Origin: the human T2T-CHM13v2.0 reference genome, Homo sapiens | Assembly: GCF_009914755.1 (NCBI RefSeq) | Contig: NC_060931.1 | Length of the DNA: 64,000 nt | Reading direction: 5' to 3' (one strand) | In this document: positions 59,450-64,000 of the stretch, piece after piece | Numbering within the stretch: the stretch's first letter is position 1 | Layout of the letters: each line of letters begins with the position of its first letter | Position numbers and translations under genes: made by a program | Notes under the pieces: model-generated | Databases searched by the model: none | The model's input: only the letters and a program-made list of their open reading frames with translations | What the model was told of the DNA's origin: nothing

Positions 59450-60468
59450 CACTCTGGAAAAGGGATTCAATATTTTTATTATCGATTACAAGTACATTTT
59501 AACTAAAAATATAAACTCATAGCAGCGTACCTTCGAGTCCTTTCCTAAAGACTCCCATATCTCAAATTGGTTGCTTTCTGCAACCACCGATGTCCTTCTT
59601 CCAGCCCCCAGTTGTATGGGCCGGAGGCTGGTTGTGGCTTGTAACCCAAACACCACTGATGTGGTGATCAGTGTGGGTTTCCAGGCTACCTGATGATTAA
59701 GAACTTCTAACCATGACACTGTACAGTCATTGTCTAGTGTATTGAGAGACAGCAATTCTTCCGCAGCTGTAAACATCCTGAGATCTCAGGGGGATCAAAG
59801 CCAACAAAGTTACAGAAAGGAAGAATGCAAAATATTCCATTCATTTTCCGGTCCACCACCAGGCGTCTGCTTCTTATTCTGCTTCCGTGTAAGTTTGTGG
59901 TGCATGGTCCAGTACTTCATTCTATGACTGGTTGACTTGAAAGCCCAAGTGTTAGGAGGGAATTAGAAACCACTGACCCTGCCATGGGCAGAAGCTGCAG
60001 TACCCTTCTACTGCACTATGCTTCCACCCATTCCTGCTGCTCAGCTCTTTCTTCAGGGAAGGTAGATGTAGCATCTGGTCAGGAGCCCTAGCTCTGGCTC
60101 CTTGTACAAGGAGTTTCTCTTTGCAAACTATTCTACAGTCACTCCAACTCCATCTGAACTGCGTGAGCAACACAGTGGCAATGCAGAATAAAATGAGCTC
60201 GTCCTAGGTAGAATAACAATGCTGCTTTTGAGCTTTCCTATCTGATCCATTAGACAGAATAGACAAGGATCTCTGATAGAAATATGTACCATGAAGAAAT
60301 ACAATGAGTGTTTGTTTCAGTATTTGGATCGGTATGTCAATAGATGGAACACTCTGGAAAAGGGATTCAATATTCCTATTATCAATTACAAGTACTTTTT
60401 AACTAAAAATATAAAATAGCAGCATACCTTCGAGTCCTTTCCTAAAGACCCCCATATCTCAAATTGGT
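59450..60468 (+). repeat. ~120-bp interspersed direct duplication (copies 59450-59571 and 60350-60468)
   Basis: cactctggaaaagggattcaatatt...atatctcaaattggt occurs twice, differing by about 6 substitutions and one 3-nt indel. Confidence 0.95.
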
Positions 60469-61061
60469 GATAAACCAGAGAACTATAAAAGTTTATACAG
60501 TTTTTCCCTCAATGCATCCCTAGAAACCTTCTTGAGAAGCAAATCATCATAAAGTTGCTCATATTTTCCTATAGGGACAGTGCCATAATCAGGAGTGGAG
60601 ATACTGACTAAGAATCTGGACTAAAATAAATCATAAATATGGCCACCGATCTACCATAAATGCAAAGCCATAACTGCTATAAACCTCAGTGATCACTTAA
60701 CATTTTAAAATTATGTTCTAAATCACAGAGGCCTATCATTTTATTACTACCAGGGACCTTGGGGATTATCTTGTCCAGTCCACAATTTGGAGATAAGAAA
60801 ATTTAAATCAAAGACGATTAAGTGATTTGCTTAATTTACTTAACAGTAGAGCCAGGAAAGGGCTGTGGCTCCATCTTTCCCCTCTGCTGAGTTCTTCCTT
60901 GGCAGTCCCCCACAAGTTAAACAGGTACATGCTGATAAGAAAAGGGTGAGGATATGCATATAGTAGATGGAAAAATTATTTCACCATCATGTGACCACAT
61001 GTTAATATTTCTATTATAATAAAATATTAATTTGAGATCATTTAATAATTCTCTTATCCTC

Positions 61062-61342
61062 TTTTATTTTTTTATTTATTATTTTTATTCATTTTTTTTT
61101 TTGAGATAGGGTCTCCCTCTGTCACCCAGGCTGGAGTGCAGTGGTGTGGTCACAGCTCACTGCAGCCTCAACCTCCCTAGGCTCAGGTGGTCCTCTCACC
61201 TCCGTTTTTGTATTTTTAGTAGAGATGGATTTTCACCATGTTGGCTAGGCTGGTCTCCAAGTCCTGGGCTCAAGAGACCCATTCACCTCAGCCTCCCAAA
61301 GTGGCTGGGATTGATTACAGGCATGAGCCACTGCGCCTGGCC
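61062..61342 (-). mobile_element. AluJ with an internal deletion
   Basis: gtcacagctcactgcagcctcaacc. Jumps from cacctc directly to tttttgtatttttag. Confidence 0.9.
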
Positions 61343-61448
61343 TTATCGAAATTTAGGAGAGTATTTTAAGGGACAAAAAAATTCCCTTTTCTCCTTCTTA
61401 ATAAACTTTTCTAAGCAATCACAGACTCTCAAAAACATTCCGTTAGTA

Positions 61449-61778
61449 CAGGAGTCTTTTACAAACTTTTTATGTAAAAGACCACAACTTTTCAGGCCAT
61501 ACAGTATCCACATGAACTATTGCGCTCTGCCATTGTATCACAAAAGCAGTCATAGAGCATACACGAAAGAATGGGAGGGGCTGTGTTCCTGTAATCTCTA
61601 CCGATGGACACTACAATTTGAATTTCATATAGTTTTCATAATTTTTATGTGTCACAAAATGTTATTCCTTATCTGATTTTTTCCCCTCAACCATTAAAAA
61701 ATATAGAAATCATCCTAAGCTTGTCACCTTACAAAAACAGGTGGAAGGCCATATTTAGTCTGTGGATTTGTTAACCTG
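61449..61778 (+). mobile_element. MER58B (hAT-Charlie)
   Basis: caaactttttatgtaaaagacca, tttgaatttcatatagttttca and acaaaaacaggtggaaggccatatttag. Confidence 0.8.
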
Positions 61779-61799
61779 TCTTAGTGGGAAGAAAAGGGG

Positions 61800-62000
61800 T
61801 GAGAGGTTCAACCCAGAAAGATTTAGTTTCAAAATTTGTTTATGCCTTGAGGTTGTGACTTAACTTTTCTATCTTCATTTGTCCACCTGTAAATGCAGGT
61901 GATGCTATCTATTTCATAGGGTGCTTGTGAGACCGACTGAGCTAACACTTAGTCATAGAGGGCCCAGTATAGACCCTGAGACTAACAGATCTTTAAATGT
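61800..62000 (+). mobile_element. MIR
   Basis: cacctgtaaatgcaggtgatgctatctatttcatagggtgcttgtgaga. Confidence 0.6.
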
Positions 62001-62108
62001 TAGTTCTCTTCCCTCCCTTTTCCTTTCCTAACCCTCATACAAGTACATATACACATGTACATGCACAAACACACACACACACACTTTTTGCTTTTAAAAA
62101 AAGTTACT

Positions 62109-62404
62109 GGCCAGGCACGGTGGCTCACACCTGTAATCCCAGCACTTTGGGAGGCTGAGTTGGGCGAATCACTTGACGCCAGGAGTTTGAGATCACCCTG
62201 GGCAACATGATGAAACCCCAACTCTACAAAAAATACAAAAATTAGCCAGGCATGGTGTTGCATACCTGTAGTCCCAGCTACTCTGGAGCCTGAGGTGGGA
62301 GGATTGCTTGAATCCAGGAGGTCAAGGCTGCAGTGAGCCAAGATCACACCACTGCACTTCATCCTGGGTGACAGAGCAAGACTCTGTCTCAACAACAAAA
62401 AAAA
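62109..62404 (+). mobile_element. AluJb-like
   Basis: gggaggattgcttga...gtcaaggctgcagtg. TSD aaaaaaagttact on both sides. Confidence 0.94.
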
Positions 62405-63468
62405 GTTACTCTCTTTTCTTCTTATCTCTTTCCTTTTTCCCTTTCCAAGTTACCCACTGTAGCACTGAAGTATGTGAAGGCTTACCCAAGACTTGGGTTG
62501 TGATGGTTGGAAAATCAATTTTCTTTGTAATATGGACCATTTGTTTTCCCTTTGCTATTTTCACTCCTTAAAAGAAAAAAACCATACCAACAAACCACAA
62601 ACAAGAAACCTCACATCTTTAGGAGTCCAAATGTAGGAAGCAACAGATATGAGGACTTGGGTGATTAACTAAGGCAAGAAGAAGAGAACTTTGACCAACT
62701 CATCTTGCTTCCAGGTAGATGGACTTCAGTTTGCTGACTGAGTCAGAATCCAGAGCCTTCCACAGCTGTCACAGGGAGTCATCACCAAGCTGAGATGTGT
62801 GGCCCAGCACTTGTTGCCATTTCTCAGGCCTTGACTCAGGGCCCAATCCAACTGACCTCCAACCAGCCAGAGCCATGTCCCCCATGACCAATTCTCCCCT
62901 CATTGCTGGAGCCTTGGGAAATTTCCACCAATGCACAGCCTGGTGCATGGCTAACACCAAAGTGCTCTAACCTTACTCTGAGTCACCAACAACTCTAAAG
63001 AGAGGGACAGGAAGTGCCAAAAGGGCAGCTGGGTGGATTTGTATGGAGGAAAAGGCGGGTCGGGGGGCTGCCATTTTCCTTCACATAAAGGCCAGCGGGG
63101 AGTTGGGAAAGGGCGAAAGAATAGGAACATATCACGGACATTTACCTCTGTAATCAGACCTCTAAATACACATTAGAAAAGTTGCCTACCTTCTTCCTGT
63201 CTTCCTCAGTCATTGCTACAGAAACAGGGGACAGACTGGGGCCCCTCAATTTAGGCATCTGCCCATGTACTAGTCAGGAAGTATGAAAAAGCATGGTGGG
63301 GAGCTGGGGATTCATGAGTTGATGGAACCATAATTTCTGTTCCCAGAAAGCTTATGCTAATGAAGAAGGGGCAGGCAACACACAAGAAAACAAAAGTGAC
63401 CATGCCCTTGTTAAGTACTGTCCTGGGGCAACACTGGGCCTTAGGAACTCCTAAGAGGGCCTCTGGTC

Positions 63469-63797
63469 CAGCAGCCCCCAACCTTTTCTGCACCAGGGAC
63501 TGGTTTCTTGGAAGACAATTTTTCCACAGGTTGGGGAGTGGTATGGGAGGGATGGTTTTGGGATGAAACTTTCTACCTCAGATCATCAGGCATTAGATTC
63601 TCACAAGCAGCACACAACCTAGATCCCTTGCAAACACAGTTCCCAATAGGGTTCTTGCTCTGGTGAGAATCTAATGCTGCTGCTGATCTGACAGGAGGCA
63701 GAGCTTAGGCGGCGATGCTCTAATGCTCGCTTGCCGCTCACCTCCTGCTGTGCAGCTGGAGTAGGGGGAGTTGGGGGAGTGGCTGGGGACCCCCCTG
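63469..63797 (+). mobile_element. MER1B (hAT-Charlie)
   Basis: TIRs cagcagcccccaacc ... ggctggggacccccctg. 8-bp TSD ctct(g/a)gtc at 63461-63468 and 63798-63805. Confidence 0.92.
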
Positions 63798-64000
63798 CTC
63801 TAGTCTAGTCTGTGCTTGATAGGGAAAGAAATAACAGTCAGAGGAAATGACACACACTAGGCTAAGGGAAGGATAAGGAGAGCAGAGAGAGAAGAAAGAG
63901 GGAGAGGGAGAGAAGAGCTGGCATTTGGGGGTTCCTACTACATGCCAGGCATCATTCCTGGATGTTTATGTGTATGGCCTCAATTATGACGTGGTTACTA

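Noticed and set aside
59450-60468. Direct repeats read as LTRs of a small retroelement or as a CRISPR-like array
   Set aside because: Only two copies, no TG...CA ends, PBS, PPT or outer TSD. The DNA is eukaryotic with no repeat-spacer structure.

Overview
Human (primate) genomic DNA containing the 5' end of GLI3, the Hedgehog-pathway zinc-finger transcription factor at 7p14.1, on the minus strand. The only protein-coding sequence is exon 2 (35434-35599): 42 nt of 5'UTR plus 124 coding nt giving [41 protein letters not shown], with clean AG/GT boundaries. Non-coding exon 1 ends at a CAG|GTACGT donor at 49276 inside a large CpG island (about 48.2-50.9 kb). Bases 1-35433 are intron 2, 35600-49275 are intron 1 (with a second CpG island at about 40.1-40.9 kb), and the rest is upstream sequence. 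Interspersed repeats include 14 Alus, L1M, L2, MIR, MLT1 LTRs, Tigger3a, Tigger7, MER58B, MER1B and MADE1, plus microsatellites. I found no wholly new system. The best leads are: three uORFs in the spliced GLI3 leader, one overlapping the start codon out of frame; an intact MADE1 hairpin whose arms match miR-548 mature sequences as I recall them; candidate alternative first exons; a (GGC)9/(GGA)n compound promoter repeat; TCF/PBX motif clusters in repeat-free intronic blocks; and several templated-insertion repair scars. Repeat subfamily names and boundaries were called by eye and are approximate.
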